Positions 50,071-63,223 of a stretch of DNA of 64,000 nt are shown here, in pieces. Under the pieces are notes generated by a model. The model was not told the origin of the DNA. It worked only from the letters and a program-made list of their open reading frames with translations, and did not search any database. Positions within the stretch are counted from its first letter, which is position 1; each line of letters starts with the position of its first letter. A program made the translations under genes and the position numbers. Source of the DNA: Lama glama (lineage: Eukaryota); assembly GCA_028534125.1 (NCBI GenBank), contig CM052816.1:47928001-47992000 (forward strand). Reading direction: 5' to 3'.

Positions 50071-51459
50071 AAATTATTCCCTCTTCTTAAGTACAGATAC
50101 GTGTGATTTACATACTAAAATTCTCCGATGTTTACCGTGGTCTCACAGGCAAGCTAACTTCTTGGCGTATCACTCAAAGCTTTCTAGTTTTTTCCTAACC
50201 ACTGCTTCCCAGTTAATTCCTTACTACTCCTTTTCACTTGATCCCTGTATATAGCCTGCAGTTTTCTCCTTTAGCATTTTTCCAACCATGAGTTGCCATC
50301 ACTTCTGCTACCTAATGCTCCCCTTAATTTTTCTTGACTGGCTGAGATGTTCTCTTTCCTCTGAACTCACAGCACCCTTTTCAGTGTTAGTTCTATGACT
50401 TTTGGCAAATGCATACAGTTATGTAGCCACTACAATCAACACACAGAAGTGTCATACTCAGAAATTTCCTTAGATTCCTTTGTAGTAAACACCTCCTCCC
50501 TAAACAGGGTTTACAAGAAGAAATTCATAGGGATTATTTAGAACTATGAAATATTTTCAAGTGTGAGTAAACCCATTCTGGAAATAGAGAAAAACAGCAT
50601 AAAAATGTTAGGTGTGTAAAGATTCTTGATGTATGTGTATGGAGTACTGATAATATAATTGTTACATGCTCCTGGTAAATAGTTGGGGCTTTCACATTCT
50701 GAAACAATTTGTCTAGAGATGAGGCATATAGTATCTTCCCTGTCAGTACTTTCTGAACAATAGATCTTAATTTCTAGTATTGTTATCTGCTGGTTGTTAA
50801 TCATGCAGATCAGGTTAAAGGGCAAGTGACCTTTTCAGGAATGGAAGGAGCACTAATTATATCAAATGAGTTGTGTCTTTTTTGTCTGACAGGACAGTTG
50901 TTAGGCTGTGTTGGCATTTGTACAAATGCACAAATAATGTCAACTATGGTTATTAGTTTATAGAAGAATCCCTATTACCCAGTGCCTCAATATAAGAAGT
51001 CTCATTATCACTCTTGTTCTCATATACTTTTGTCAACATTTGCTGAGTCATATGCAGGAAGATTTTGTTCTGGGAAAGGTCACCTCATTTGACTGATAGT
51101 GTACTGGCACTGTAAAGATGATTTAGAGGGTCTAAGACAGCACCAAACTGACTGCAAGGTAGTTAAGTATAAAATTGATAATCAAGAGGTAAAAAGGAGG
51201 AGGCAGTTTTCAGAAATCTTTGAATATCATTTAATATGGACATGGCTTAGGATATTCTATCTCTCCAGTATCTTTCAAATCCAGCTTATCATATCCTCTG
51301 CCACTATGAAGTCTTTTTGTCTCTTTTCTCCTTAGCTGCCACTCATGAGAATGAAAAGGACAGACTTTCTGAAGTCCTGACATGGTGTTCCTATACCCAA
51401 ATATCACACCAATGGGGACTTCATAGCATCAATATGAGAAAACGATTATAAAAATTAAA

Positions 51460-52370
51460 ATATTTTTATTATAAAATATATGTACAACTCTCTTTTTATA
51501 ATGGAAAATTTTAAAAGTAAAGTATAAGAATGAAGCCCCCTGCTTCATAATTGCAGATTTTAGAAATCTTTCATCTATTTCTCACCTCTTGTTATTTTTC
51601 TTTCCTTTTACTGCTAGAATATTTTAAATAAAATTCTAGATATATAATTTCTTTCATATGTCTAACAGAGAATTTTTAAAAATATAATCATGGTACCATT
51701 ATCATACCTAACAAAATGATAATTATTTTATATCAGCCAATAACTAGTACATGTTCAAATCTTCCCGGGTGTCTCAAAAATGTCTTTTTATAGTTTATTT
51801 ACTTGAATCTAAATCCAAACAAATCGCACACATCATAACCAAATGATTTCTGTTTTAAATTTCTTTTAATCCATAACACCTTCTCTCTTCCACAAATCTC
51901 TCTTTACCCTCCTCTCATTTCTTTTAAACTTGGCCATTTGTCCTATAGGATTTCTTCCATTATATATTTGACTGACTGATATTTTTTGGATCAATTTAGC
52001 ATATTTGTCCAGACATATTTTCTATATATAGTGGTTATATCCATAAGCTTGATTAGATTCAGGGATTCAGGTTTCAGTTCATTTTATTTAATCTGCAAAA
52101 CACATAAGTGGTTCTATGTGCTTCTTATTGTTTCACATTAGGAAATGCATAATATCTGATTTTCCTACTTTTAGTGATATTAAGATTGACCAAGAGCTTC
52201 AGTTTTATCCATTATAAAATTGCCATCGACCATTTACCTAATGAGTTTAGCAGCCATTATGATGGCTATCTAGATCAGTTATTACAGTAAGTTTTGCAAA
52301 ATGGAGAGTTTCTAATTCTAATATTCCTTATCTATTTATTAGTTAGATTTCTTCTATATATCTTTGTTAA
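51460..52370 (-). mobile_element. L1MC-type 3' UTR
   Basis: ttataatggaaaattttaaa..taccattatcatacctaacaaaat..gtctcaaaaatgtctttttatagtt..ttttagtgatattaagattgacc. Confidence 0.75.
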
Positions 52371-52699
52371 TATGATCAATGTATAACACTTATTTCCCCA
52401 AATACTTTTTTTTTAACCTTGTCAAAATACAAGACTGTTATTCAAAATAATGGCAATAATTTTGCAATTGGAGACAAGAAAGAGACAAGCAGATTTTCTG
52501 CTGTCCTTTGCTGGAAAACACTAACACCAACCAGTTGATTCGGTTCCCTGCAGCATAGAACCACACTGTCAAAAAGAATAACCATCTGGGAAACAAGTAC
52601 ATAGATGTGTAATATTAGCAAATTATATGAGAGTACAATGACATAATGCAATATTAGACATTTGAACAAAAATTTGTTAAAATATTGGTTAACTTTCAT

Positions 52700-52840
52700 T
52701 AATGTAAACTCCCACTAGAATATCACATGAAGACAGGAATTTTTGTCTATTTTGTTCAATGCTGGGTTTTCAAGATTTAGATGCTTAGCACATCGTAAGC
52801 TCTTGATATTTATTAAATCAATATTGAATTAATGGATGAG
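52700..52840 (+). mobile_element. L2 3' end
   Basis: ccactagaatatcacatgaagacaggaatttttgtctattttgttcaatgctg..gatatttattaaat. Confidence 0.7.
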
Positions 52841-53639
52841 ATAATTTCAAGAAATGAGTAGCTGACAGTGATTATATCAAAGGAAAAGAGAACGAAAAGG
52901 AAAATGTAGTCTGGTTATTTGTAGCAATAGTTACTACTATGAATTAAGAACTCACATTAGGAATGTGTGTTCACCATCACATGTAAAGTTGAATGGCTTT
53001 AAATTATTTACTCACTTCCCTTGCTAATAAAACAAACATCTGTGGGCCAAAGAATTAGGGGCATAATTTTTATTTGTCCTATCGGTAGCCTCTAGTCCTA
53101 TTTCTTTGGTTAGGAACAATTTCATATGTTGTGTTCTCCATGCTTAAAAAATACTTGAGTGGATGAATGCAAAATTTAATAGTTCATTGAGATTGCTCTT
53201 AAAAACACATATTCAAGTTTTCTCTATAGAAAAGGAGTATTTTAAGATTTATGACTTATAGTTATGATCTTGTTATTTTCATTACTTATACTATTACTAG
53301 GATGAGGATAAATATATTTTAAAAATCCTTTGTGAAATTAAAGAAAGTCTAAAACATAATCTAAAAAAATCTTGTGATGCCACAAATACTTTTTAAAGAA
53401 AGAAAAATGCTCTTGATTTAGAGATGCTGTCTGCTGATTCTCTTCCAATTATTCTGACAATGCCTCTTTGTTTCTTGAATCCCTCCTCATCATCTCTTGC
53501 TAACAAGGATAATATTCATTGTTTCTCCTTCAGTGAGTTCATTGACTTACAATATCAACAAAGTTACTTAAACTTGTATCACACACATACACACGCTGAC
53601 ACATATACACACACACACAAACTGTATCACCAGTTCTGA

Positions 53640-54570
53640 ACTTTTTCCTGTATCTGGGCCTCCATTTCCAGTTGCACAATAACACAAACATGTCTAAAGC
53701 CAAGTTCCCAATAGAAAATCAAAACAGTTTCACTATAACCTGTAGAATTTATTATTTCTGCCAATGATACAATTTTCTCAGTCTCTCAAGCTTAAAACCT
53801 TGTTATCGCCCTTATCTCCTTGATCTGTTTTGCCATCCACCTGCAATTAATCACTAAATCCTATTGGTTTGACTTCCCTAATCTCTTGAATTGGTCTCCT
53901 CTGTTCCATTCCCATGGTCCCTGTTCTCATTACTTCTCAGCTGAACTATCATAATAGCCTCTTAACTGGTCCTTGGTTTTCCACTACTCCAATTTTGTCT
54001 CCTGCTACAGATTAATCTTGCTAACACACAACTCAAAGTATATCACGTTTCCACTCACAAAACTCAGTAGCTCCCACTACAGAGGATTAAATATAAAAAA
54101 TTTTGTTTGGCATTTGTGACCTTTGTCTGAATTTTCCATAACACAGGCCCTCATCTCCAGCCAAAGTGAGTTATTTCCCACTTCTCAAGTAAAATCCAGG
54201 ATTTCCTGCCCATTCCTTTAAGTATGTCCCCTTTTCACGACCCTTTTCCCATTGTTGTCCATAAAAATTCCTTCAGCCCTCAAGACATTACACAAATGCC
54301 AGAGCCTTCTAAGAGACTGTCTAACTCATGCCTTCATCATATTGCAGCTTCCCTCTTTTATGAATATCTAAAACATTTTTTCAATACGTATCTCTTATAG
54401 AATAATTATCACATGGGAATATATATTGTGATGATTTGTATACTTACTGGATCTCCATTTAGGAGAGAAGCCAAGTTTTTTAATCTATTCAAAATTTTTT
54501 ATTCCTCACTCACAAAACATAGCAGTGTTTTGCACACTGCAAAGGGTCATAACTATGTGTTCAATTAACT
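53640..54570 (+). mobile_element. L2 3' portion
   Basis: aaacatgtctaaagccaagttc..aatcactaaatccta..tgaactatcataatagcctcttaactggtc..gctacagattaatcttgc. Confidence 0.75.
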
Positions 54571-55769
54571 TTAAAAGATCTTTCTCGTAAGTCTGGAAAA
54601 TCAGTCATACCCTGCAATGTTTACCAAAACAGTCATGTTAATATGGCTACTGTGCTGACACCAGCCAGGTGTTACCCAGGTATTACTGGCCCAGAGTAGG
54701 GCTTTAAAGTCAAAATGTATGGCAAAGTGGACCACGAGACTTAAAAGACAGGAGCCATGCTTTCTGCTTCCTTTATGCACATCACACAGAAGTTAATACA
54801 GTGCTGATATGCTTTGACTAATACACTTCTGCTAAAGAATGATTTACATAAACTACAATATTTGTTTTCAAAATTCCTCCAATAATAATAAAGGATTCAC
54901 TATTTTGAAATCAGCTGATCAAAGTCCTCAAATATCCAGATTTGTTTTTAGACCCTCTAAGGAGAAACACCAAGTTCCTAACAAAACAAGTTAATTTCAG
55001 CAACTGAATTCCTACAAATAAATTCAAAGTAATAAGTATATACAAAGCCAGATCTCTGACATCTCTGTTTACTATTTCTTTGTTTTATGTAGTCCTGCAG
55101 CACATGAGGACCCATGTTTGTAATGACAGACCTAGGGCACTCCCAGATCCTTCAGCAGAGACCAACTGGTATTCTGTCTACTGTGTTTCATAAAGTAAAT
55201 AAGTAGTTTATACTTTAAGATTTTCAAAAGCAGAAGTCCACACTAAAACTGTTTTTGAATAGTAGTGATAAGGAGACACAACATATCACAATCTTTTTAA
55301 ATTCAGGTTACAATGACTTATTAAATAATTAAAACTATAGCAAGCTCCAATTCAGGGTGTTCCTTTATTCTCTACTCCATGTGATGGAGTCAGGGTAGTA
55401 GGAAACCCTACAAGTTCTGTAAAAATCTCTGTCTGGTGCCATCAAATAAACAAAGTTACTGGATAAAGCACCTCAGCTTTCACAATGGCTCTAGGAGTGG
55501 ACAGTTATGTAACTCTTCTATCAAGTGCTTAAGAAATACCTACCTCTGTTACAGAGCTGTGGTAGGTAAACCTGAAGGTCTGTCGTGAGAAGGTTGAACT
55601 CTCTCTCCCCCAATGGATATCTTGGAAAAGGAGGGAGAATTGAATTAAATAAACATCGGTGAAGTAAATTCTAGGGGAATAGAACAGGAAAAATTCTGCT
55701 CTATTGCTGTCTTAGAAGAATTCCTTTTTCTTTCAGGCTTCCCCTCTACCTAGTCAGGCGTATGCTGGC

Positions 55770-55850
55770 AGAACACCCAGCTCTGTGGGCCTCAGTTTCT
55801 TCTTAGACAATACAAGGAAGTTGAACTATATGATCATTATGGTCTTCCAC
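55770..55850 (+). mobile_element. MIR core fragment
   Basis: ctctgtgggcctcagtttcttcttagacaatacaaggaagttgaactatatgatc. Confidence 0.6.
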
Positions 55851-55859
55851 TGCTTTCTT

Positions 55860-56610
55860 TCTCTTAGGCAGAAACAGACAATGAACTTGTAAATTAGTAA
55901 TATAATTTCAGATACTGATAAGCATTATGTAGATAACAAAGCCAAAAGAGTGACTAGGAGTGAGGAGGTGACATTTAAGCTGAAACTAGGCATATGACAA
56001 TGTGGGAGTGTGCTGGTCAGAGAGAACATAAAATACAAAGGCCTCAAAGCAGGAGACAGGCCACTATGTGGGCTTGGTAGTGACAGGAAATGACAATGGG
56101 GAGGTGAGTCAATGGTATAGAGTTTGGGTTTGAGTTTCAGAATATTGATAGGGGAAGACTATTAATGCTGAAAAGTGGTACAATCCAATTTAAGCTTTAA
56201 GACAACCACCTATGTTGTCTGTGGGGAACAGACTATAGAGAAGGAAGAATCAAGCGGGAAAGGCAAAAGGGTGAGGATAATGATAAGGACAAGGGCTTCA
56301 GCAGTGAGACCATGGTGAGAAACAATCAGACTTAAAAATATGTTCAGGAGACAGCAAAGGCAAGATCTGCTAATGGATTGGAGGTGGGGTGTGAGGGAAA
56401 AACAGAGCTAAGATGCCTAGCTATTGATCTGATCAATCCACGGTTTTATCTATAGAGACAACTGAATATAAAGGCTTGACTGTAATTTTGCAAAAATTCA
56501 GTTGTATTTGTGGCTGGATTTCAGTGGAGATGTCAAGGTTGAAATGGAGATATGGGAGACCTCAGCTTATAGATGGTACTTAAAATCATGAGACTGGATA
56601 AAATCTTGAA
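55860..56610 (-). mobile_element. L2 fragment
   Basis: tgaggaggtgacatttaagctgaaac..caaaggcctcaaagcagga..tgctaatggattggaggtggggtgtgaggg..cagcttatagatggtacttaaaatcatgagactggat. Confidence 0.8.
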
Positions 56611-59600
56611 TGCTCTCACATTCACCTTTTTATTATCTAGCTGCAGAAAAATTGGATCAGGTACACCGAGTAATTCTTATTAAATTACTTGCCATGGTAT
56701 TTTGAAGTTCTTTGTGCCGATTTAATGAAGTGATACAGATGGGGAGAGAAGCTATGAAGTGTGCCTCTGAAAATACGTGGTTTTAGTTGTAGCTTAATTT
56801 AAGGCTTCATTGTTGTGCTTTATAACCATGCAATATTTTCCAGGCATATCTTCACCTAATGTTGTTCTTTATCAGATTGAAAGGGAAGGCACAATTTTAT
56901 CATCTAAATTTACTTGATTGTGTCCCATTACCATTTAGTTTCTGATCTATCTAAAGCCAATTGATTTCCAATTAAGGACAAAGTTTTCTTTAATTTTAAA
57001 TCCATTTAATTAATTGTTTTAATTCCAAAGATAAGAAAGTTGCAGAGGAAAGCTTGGTTTAAAGTTTATTCTTAACTGAAGAAAACAAAAGAGTGTAGAA
57101 ACTGGAAATGTGGAGTTCTGTTGTCAATAACGAGTTCTTTCTCTTTTGTAATAGAATGTAGTGTTTCACCATTAGTTCCTCCTTCTCATTAGGATTCTAA
57201 GACAAACACTTCAGTCTGCTTTACATAAATTGTATGAGAGACAAAGGTTTATTCCTTAATAGAAAAAAAGTCCTTATAAATCAATAAGTAAATACATAAT
57301 AATATATGTCTCAATAAAAAGGTAAATAGAATGAGGCAGTTCACAAAAAAAAAGACGCTTACCTTTTATACACACTGCACACTGATTTTTTCCAAATGTT
57401 TCTTATTTTAAAATACTAAATTCTCATTTTGAGAAATCTGCCACATTATTCTGTACAACACTAGTCTGTCATTTCATTTTCCTTAGCTACCTAAACCATT
57501 TCTCTGAGTCTACTTTGTTATCCAAAGTTAACTCCGGGTTTAACCCTGATTAGCAGATCCTTTCAGATCTAAGTGGAAGGAAAGTGGGATGAAATGGATA
57601 GAAAGATTACTGGTCCCAGTTACAGACCATCAATTCTTAGCTCTCTTTCCCTCTTGACCTTTTTGGATACATTTTCTAAATCTTCTTTTTGATAACTCTT
57701 ATTTTCCCAGGCTCTAATTGATATGGTTTTTGATTGTTTTTTTCTGTATTTATTCTTACAGGCCCTTCTGCATCTCTCTACATATACAAATGTCTAAGAT
57801 TTTCTTGCAGTTTTCTATAGGGAAACCCAATTAAGATTACCACTGAACACTAATTAATATGGAAGCATTTCCTTGAAAGGTAAAACAGAAGTTTTTGAGA
57901 ATTCATAGCAAGGAAAGTACTCTCAAAATGGCATTGCAGAAGTGAAAACTGGAAGTTACCTGTTGTATAGATGTTACTTCAACAGGTAACAGGAAAGTTA
58001 CTCTTAGAATAATAACATCTTTTTGAAGAATCCCTTAAATTGCTCTTAAATATCCAGAAGCTAGGTTTTGAAAGCTCAGGAGCTAATAACGAAATTATTT
58101 TTTCCTGAAAAAGTAAAGAAAAGATTGATCACAGTGGGTCTGGCAGTCAGGCCAATGTCTAGTTTGAAGAGGAGCTAAGGCAATTTCTTGGTAGATAGCA
58201 AGGAGTTACATGAAGCAATTCTCCTCACTTCTCTTCACAAAGGCATTTACTAGATTTTTTTTTTTATTGAGTTAAGTTCTCTTTTGATGCAGCTCTCCTC
58301 TGTCATAGTATCAGACCCAGCTTTGACTATTTCCAACTTTTTACCCTCGTGATGACTGACATATTTCATTATTGGCTCATCCAACAGGATTTAACACTCT
58401 TAAGAGCGGCCAGCAGACAGAAATATATGGTAATGACAAAAGGCTTTACCAATAGTTAGCATTGCTGCAATGTTAGATCCAAGGATGGTTGTCATGTGAA
58501 CAATAACAGGAAAATACGTTGAACCACATATTGCTTCTCTTTTGCAACAGAATAACCAACATCTAACATAGCTAATCAACCACTACCTAGCGCTTCACCT
58601 GCTGACAGTAGTGCAGCTCTGACTAGAGTCAGAATCCTGAAATGGCCACCTCACACATTAGCAGAGGCAGATGGGCGCCACGGTCCTTAGGTGAGTAATA
58701 CACTTTTGAAGCAGAAGCCACCCTCTCATCAACCCAGTATTTACCTAATTGATCCAGACACTGGCATCTAGTCTGCAACTCTTGGAGACATTGTTTTCCT
58801 AAAATGAAACAGAGATAGTTTGACTTTAGGAGACAAGTATGTCTCTCTGAAACTCAGAGCCCAGAATCAGTAGTGAATTAAATTCCCTGCTTGGTGGCAA
58901 ACATTGTTTCATTAAACTCTCAATCTTTTATCCCTTAGTCTTATGTTTATTTGTTTTTCCTTTCAGGGTCAGAAAGAAATTAGTGATAGAATTTGGTGGA
59001 GACAATTATTAGTAAAAATACACACTTTGTGAAATATGGATTTAAAAGGCATATCTTGAAATAACAAACTTAAAAGTAGCAAAAACAGTGCATTCTTTTA
59101 GTCTGAAAAGAAATTATTTTTGGAGTTAAGAAATATATTAAATTGAATCTCTACCAACCCACTCAGATAATAACCCATCAGAAACAACTTTAAAAAATAA
59201 AAAAGAATGTTGATGGAGTACGTGGGCTGAGAAGCCTTGAATAGAATACAAAATGTATCCATTTGATGAAAAACAGAAATAACTATTAATTTGAACTTTT
59301 TTTTTAAATCAAAAGCCAATTTTTCCACCAAAGTGCATTCTACTTGCAAAGAAGCAGAAATGGACTTCTTTGAAATACTTGATAAATTAAAGAGACAACT
59401 CTGATTTCAATCTAGGCATAAAACTTTTTATTATAACGCATGGATATTATGTATTTCTGTACCTCCCAATTTATACTCTTAGAAAGATACTTGTTTGAAA
59501 TTTGTCCCATGTATACAATCACACACACAAACACACATTAAAATACAGACAAGTCACTTATGTACTTTATAGTACTCAAATTATAAGATAGTGCCTAAGA

Positions 59601-59752
59601 GACACCATTTGAAAATTGAGTGCAAAACTCTGAATTTTCAAAGAATCAACAATGGTAAGGGATAGGGACTTTCAATCAGTAAAATCTACAGGATCTCACA
59701 TGGTGCCCCAGCTCTTAGAGCTTTGGAAGTTGTTCTTTTTGCTCTTCCAAGC

Positions 59753-60330
59753 TGTTTCAATCACAATGATCTGTGTATACAAAATTACCCCCAAATTTAG
59801 AGGCTTAAAAAAACAAAAATAATTTACCTCATGATATTTGTGGGTCAAGATTTCATAAGAAGCTCAACTGTTCAGCTGGCTTAAAGCCTCTCATGAGGTT
59901 GCAGTCAGATACCTGTGGCTGGGTCATCTCCCAGCTTTACTGACTCACATGTCATACATTTGATCTGGAGAGACCCAAACAGCTGGGCACTAAAACAGCT
60001 GGGGCCTTGGGCATTTTTCTCTATCTCTGTGTATTCTGTCCACATGATTTCTTCAGCATGGCAGCTTCAGGGTGGTAGGCTTCTTACATATTATGTCAAA
60101 CTCCCAAGGTGTGTGTCCCAAGAAAGAGCCAGACAGAATCTTTATCACCTTTTATGACCTTGCCTTCTACTGTGTTTATTGATGGAATCAGTTAAAAATT
60201 TCTGCTCAGGTTCAAGGGGAAAGGAACATAGATGGTACTATTTGATGGAGGAGAGTCAATGTCATATTGTAAGAATGTGGCATGGATTATGTACTGATGT
60301 GCTGAACTTCGGATAGTATGATATGACACA
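59753..60330 (-). mobile_element. MaLR solo LTR (MLT1G/H-like)
   Basis: aaattacccccaaatttagaggcttaaaa..tctcatgaggttgcagtcagat..cagcatggcagcttcagggtggtaggcttcttacat..caggttcaagggga. Confidence 0.8.
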
Positions 60331-60544
60331 TGAAAAGTCTGACTAAGACCCAAGCTCAGGTTTTTTTTCCTGCACAGTAATATTTAGGACAAAAATAAGA
60401 ATAGTTTAAAAATGGCAAGGAAGAAACTACCACTGCCATGGAGGAAAGATTTCCCTCTGTTTGATGATAAATGGCCTCACGTGACAGCTTTCTACATCTA
60501 ATTGTATCCATCTTAATTATATATTGAGTTGTGTTTTTTCTTTT

Positions 60545-60665
60545 TTCTTTTTTTCTTTTTGTTTGTTCGTTCAACAGATACTGATCTGTTGTAAGCGGTA
60601 TTTAAGGTGGTGAGGATGAAGTGGTAGACACAAAGACATAATGTTTGCTGTCACTGAACACACTG
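60545..60665 (-). mobile_element. L2 3' end
   Basis: ttgttcgttcaacagatactg..gaggatgaagtggtagacacaaagacat. Confidence 0.55.
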
Positions 60666-61269
60666 TATATGTACATACCCAGAATTGTGTTTTTTAATAG
60701 CTTGTATGTGAGGCAAATCTTCAACATGAGTAGGAGATTTAAATTCTAGAGTAGGAATTCATGTAAGAGCTAAGTGCTATATAACTCTGATAAAAAAGAA
60801 AACTGAATAGCACCATTTTGAGTTCAAAGGAAGGTAATAAAGCAGGGAGACCCATTTTCTTTGTGATTTAGAAACTCTCCTGAAATAATCCAAAGAGAAA
60901 AAAGTTTTTAGAGCATAGCAGCAATACTACAAAAGACACTTAGCTCAATTCTCCAAGAAAACTAATTGGAAAGAACATATTCTTTTAATCTGAGCATCAT
61001 CTTACTGCTTTAGTGTATAACCTGTGGGGATTTGTGTGTATGTGTGTAGATCTCCCCATTATCCTAGAACACTTTTTTTAAAGATCAAAACAACATCTAA
61101 GATATTATCAGAAGGAGGTATTCATTGCATGAAGAAAAGTTACAATTATAGAGAAATTAAAAATTCAGCTAATTATTGAAAATATTTTCTGAAAAAAAAT
61201 CTGAGGTCAAAGGCATCCTTTAGGTTTGACATCCTGGTATGACATTTTAGGTATGACAATCTGTACAAA

Positions 61270-61420
61270 ACAAAGTCATAAAATCTCAGTATTTGCAGGG
61301 ACTTTAAAAATCATCTAGCCCACAAACTTCTCCTGCGTTTTGATTCATTTCACAAACGTCTCACCAAAGTTGTCCAGTTTCTGCTTAAATAACTCCAGTG
61401 AAAGGGCAAAGCATGGTTGC
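61270..61420 (-). mobile_element. L3/CR1 3' end fragment
   Basis: gtcataaaatctcag..gggactttaaaaatcatctagccc..gtccagtttctgcttaaataactccagtga. Confidence 0.6.
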
Positions 61421-61470
61421 CTATGCCCAGAAATGTGGTGCTTATTTCACTTTTAGTGCTTTTGCAAACA

Positions 61471-61975
61471 CAGTCAATTCTCATTATTCGTGGATTCTGT
61501 ACTTTAAATTTTGCCTACTCTCAAAAATTTATTTGTAACCCCAAATCAATGTTCATAGTGCTTTCACATCTTTACGGATATGCATAAAGTGTCAAAAAGT
61601 TTTAATTGTAGGATTCCCAGCTAAGAAGATAGGTAATACTCTGCCTACTTATTTCAAATATCAAACTATAAAAAGGGTCCTTTGGAGGGATCTACTTAGT
61701 GCCATATTTTTGGCATTTTTGTGTTTTTGTTGGTAATTTTGTTTAACATAGGCCCCACGCTTGATGCTGAAGTGCTGTCCAGTGTTCCTGAGCACAGGAA
61801 GGCTGTGCTATACCTTAGAGGAGAAAATACATGTGTTAGGTAAGCTTTGAGTGCATGAGTTATAGTGTTGTTGGTCATGAGTTCAATGTTAATAAACCAG
61901 TTTTGTATATTAAATAAGATTATTTTTAAACAGAAACACACATATAACAAAGCTGGTATTGATCAGTTGAGAAAA
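61471..61975 (+). mobile_element. MER82-like TcMar-Tigger DNA transposon (right end missing)
   Basis: cagtcaattctcattattcgtggattc..aaaatttatttgtaacccc..gctgaagtgctgtccagtgttcct..catgagttcaatgttaat..aaacagaaacacacat. Confidence 0.88.
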
Positions 61976-62339
61976 AGAAAATGAGCAGCAACATGATAGA
62001 GAAATATAATAAAAACAAAAATTAAGCCATCCTTGAAATTCATGGTCCTTAACACTTTTCTAGCATTAGGATTCAATGGCAATCCTTCAGAAGTGACTTT
62101 GGCAATTGTCTGTTTTCCAAATGTGTGAGCAGGTCTTGAAAGGAAGTGAAAAGTTTGTCATGTGTTAAGGTGTTGATAGTAGAAAGGCTGGAGAGTTGCA
62201 TCAAGGGGAGAATTAAAGCTCTTGGATTAGTCTTTGCTTAGATACTACTCTACCTTTGCCAAGAGTCTGTGGAGTGATCAGAAGAAAAACCAAAATACAG
62301 TATAGATATTTACAATGCATTAATTTTTCATACCCTCCC

Positions 62340-62660
62340 CAACATTCCTCAAACTCCTTGTAGTTAAGCAGGGCCATGTAACAGTTCTGGCCAATGATGT
62401 TTGAGCATAAGTAATATAACTCCTTTGGTAGAAGTCTAGAAGCTTACGTCCTCCACACCACTTCCCCTGCTTCTCCCCTGCCAGAGCAAGCCCTAGAATG
62501 TTACTGCAGTGATTGTACCACAATAGGGCAGAACTTTTGTCATCTTGGGTCACTGAACAAGGATCAGACCTCTCCAGCCCAACTTGATGAATAATCATCA
62601 TAAGGAAGAAATCTTTTGTTTTGTTAGACTATTTGATTTGGGGATTACTTTATTTCATTA
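62340..62660 (+). mobile_element. Old MaLR LTR fragment (MLT1I/J-like)
   Basis: gcagggccatgtaacagttctggccaatgatgt..gaaatcttttgttttgttagactatttgatttgggg. Confidence 0.6.
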
Positions 62661-63152
62661 TTATTACATTTTCAATGTTCCCTTTTATTACTTGTATCCC
62701 TTTTATTAATTGTATCCATACACAAGGTGTTCTGGGTCAGAGACAGATTTCTCAGTAAATTTTTCACAGTAAATAATAAATGCATTGGGCCCCACTTGCC
62801 CTAGTCCTTACCTTAGAGTGGAACAATAAAAGCCATGCCAGTTGTCCTATGTGAGTGGTCAAATGCTCAAATGAGAGATGAGGAAAAATGAGTTTTCCCT
62901 ACTTATATAAAGGAAGAAGGCAGCTGTCCTCCTCCCCTTATGTAGATAAAATCTCTCCAGGAGCCAGATAGCCCCCATATGTCTCAGCTTTTAAAGCCCA
63001 TCTACCTAGATGGCTCTTCTAGTTCTAGAGCTTTATACCTTTTTGACATGCAAAGCCCTACTGAAATAGCCCTCAGTCTTCCAGGTCCCTCGGGACTTAA
63101 CCTAGAGACCCAGTTCAGGCTCTAACTCACTAGTCTTCTTGGAAGATAAGAG

Positions 63153-63223
63153 AAGTTTTATCCTTTTAAATCAGAGAAATTAATTAGGCAAGTTTTATCC
63201 TTCTAAATCAGAGAAATTAATTA
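63153..63223. repeat. Tandem duplication, 2 x 34 bp, period 37, one mismatch
   Basis: aagttttatcctt(t/c)taaatcagagaaattaatta at 63153-63186 and 63190-63223. Confidence 0.95.

Noticed and set aside
57762..57879. Plus-strand coding exon (acceptor ttcttacag, donor aag|gtaaaa)
   Set aside because: Stops in all three frames and a mediocre donor.
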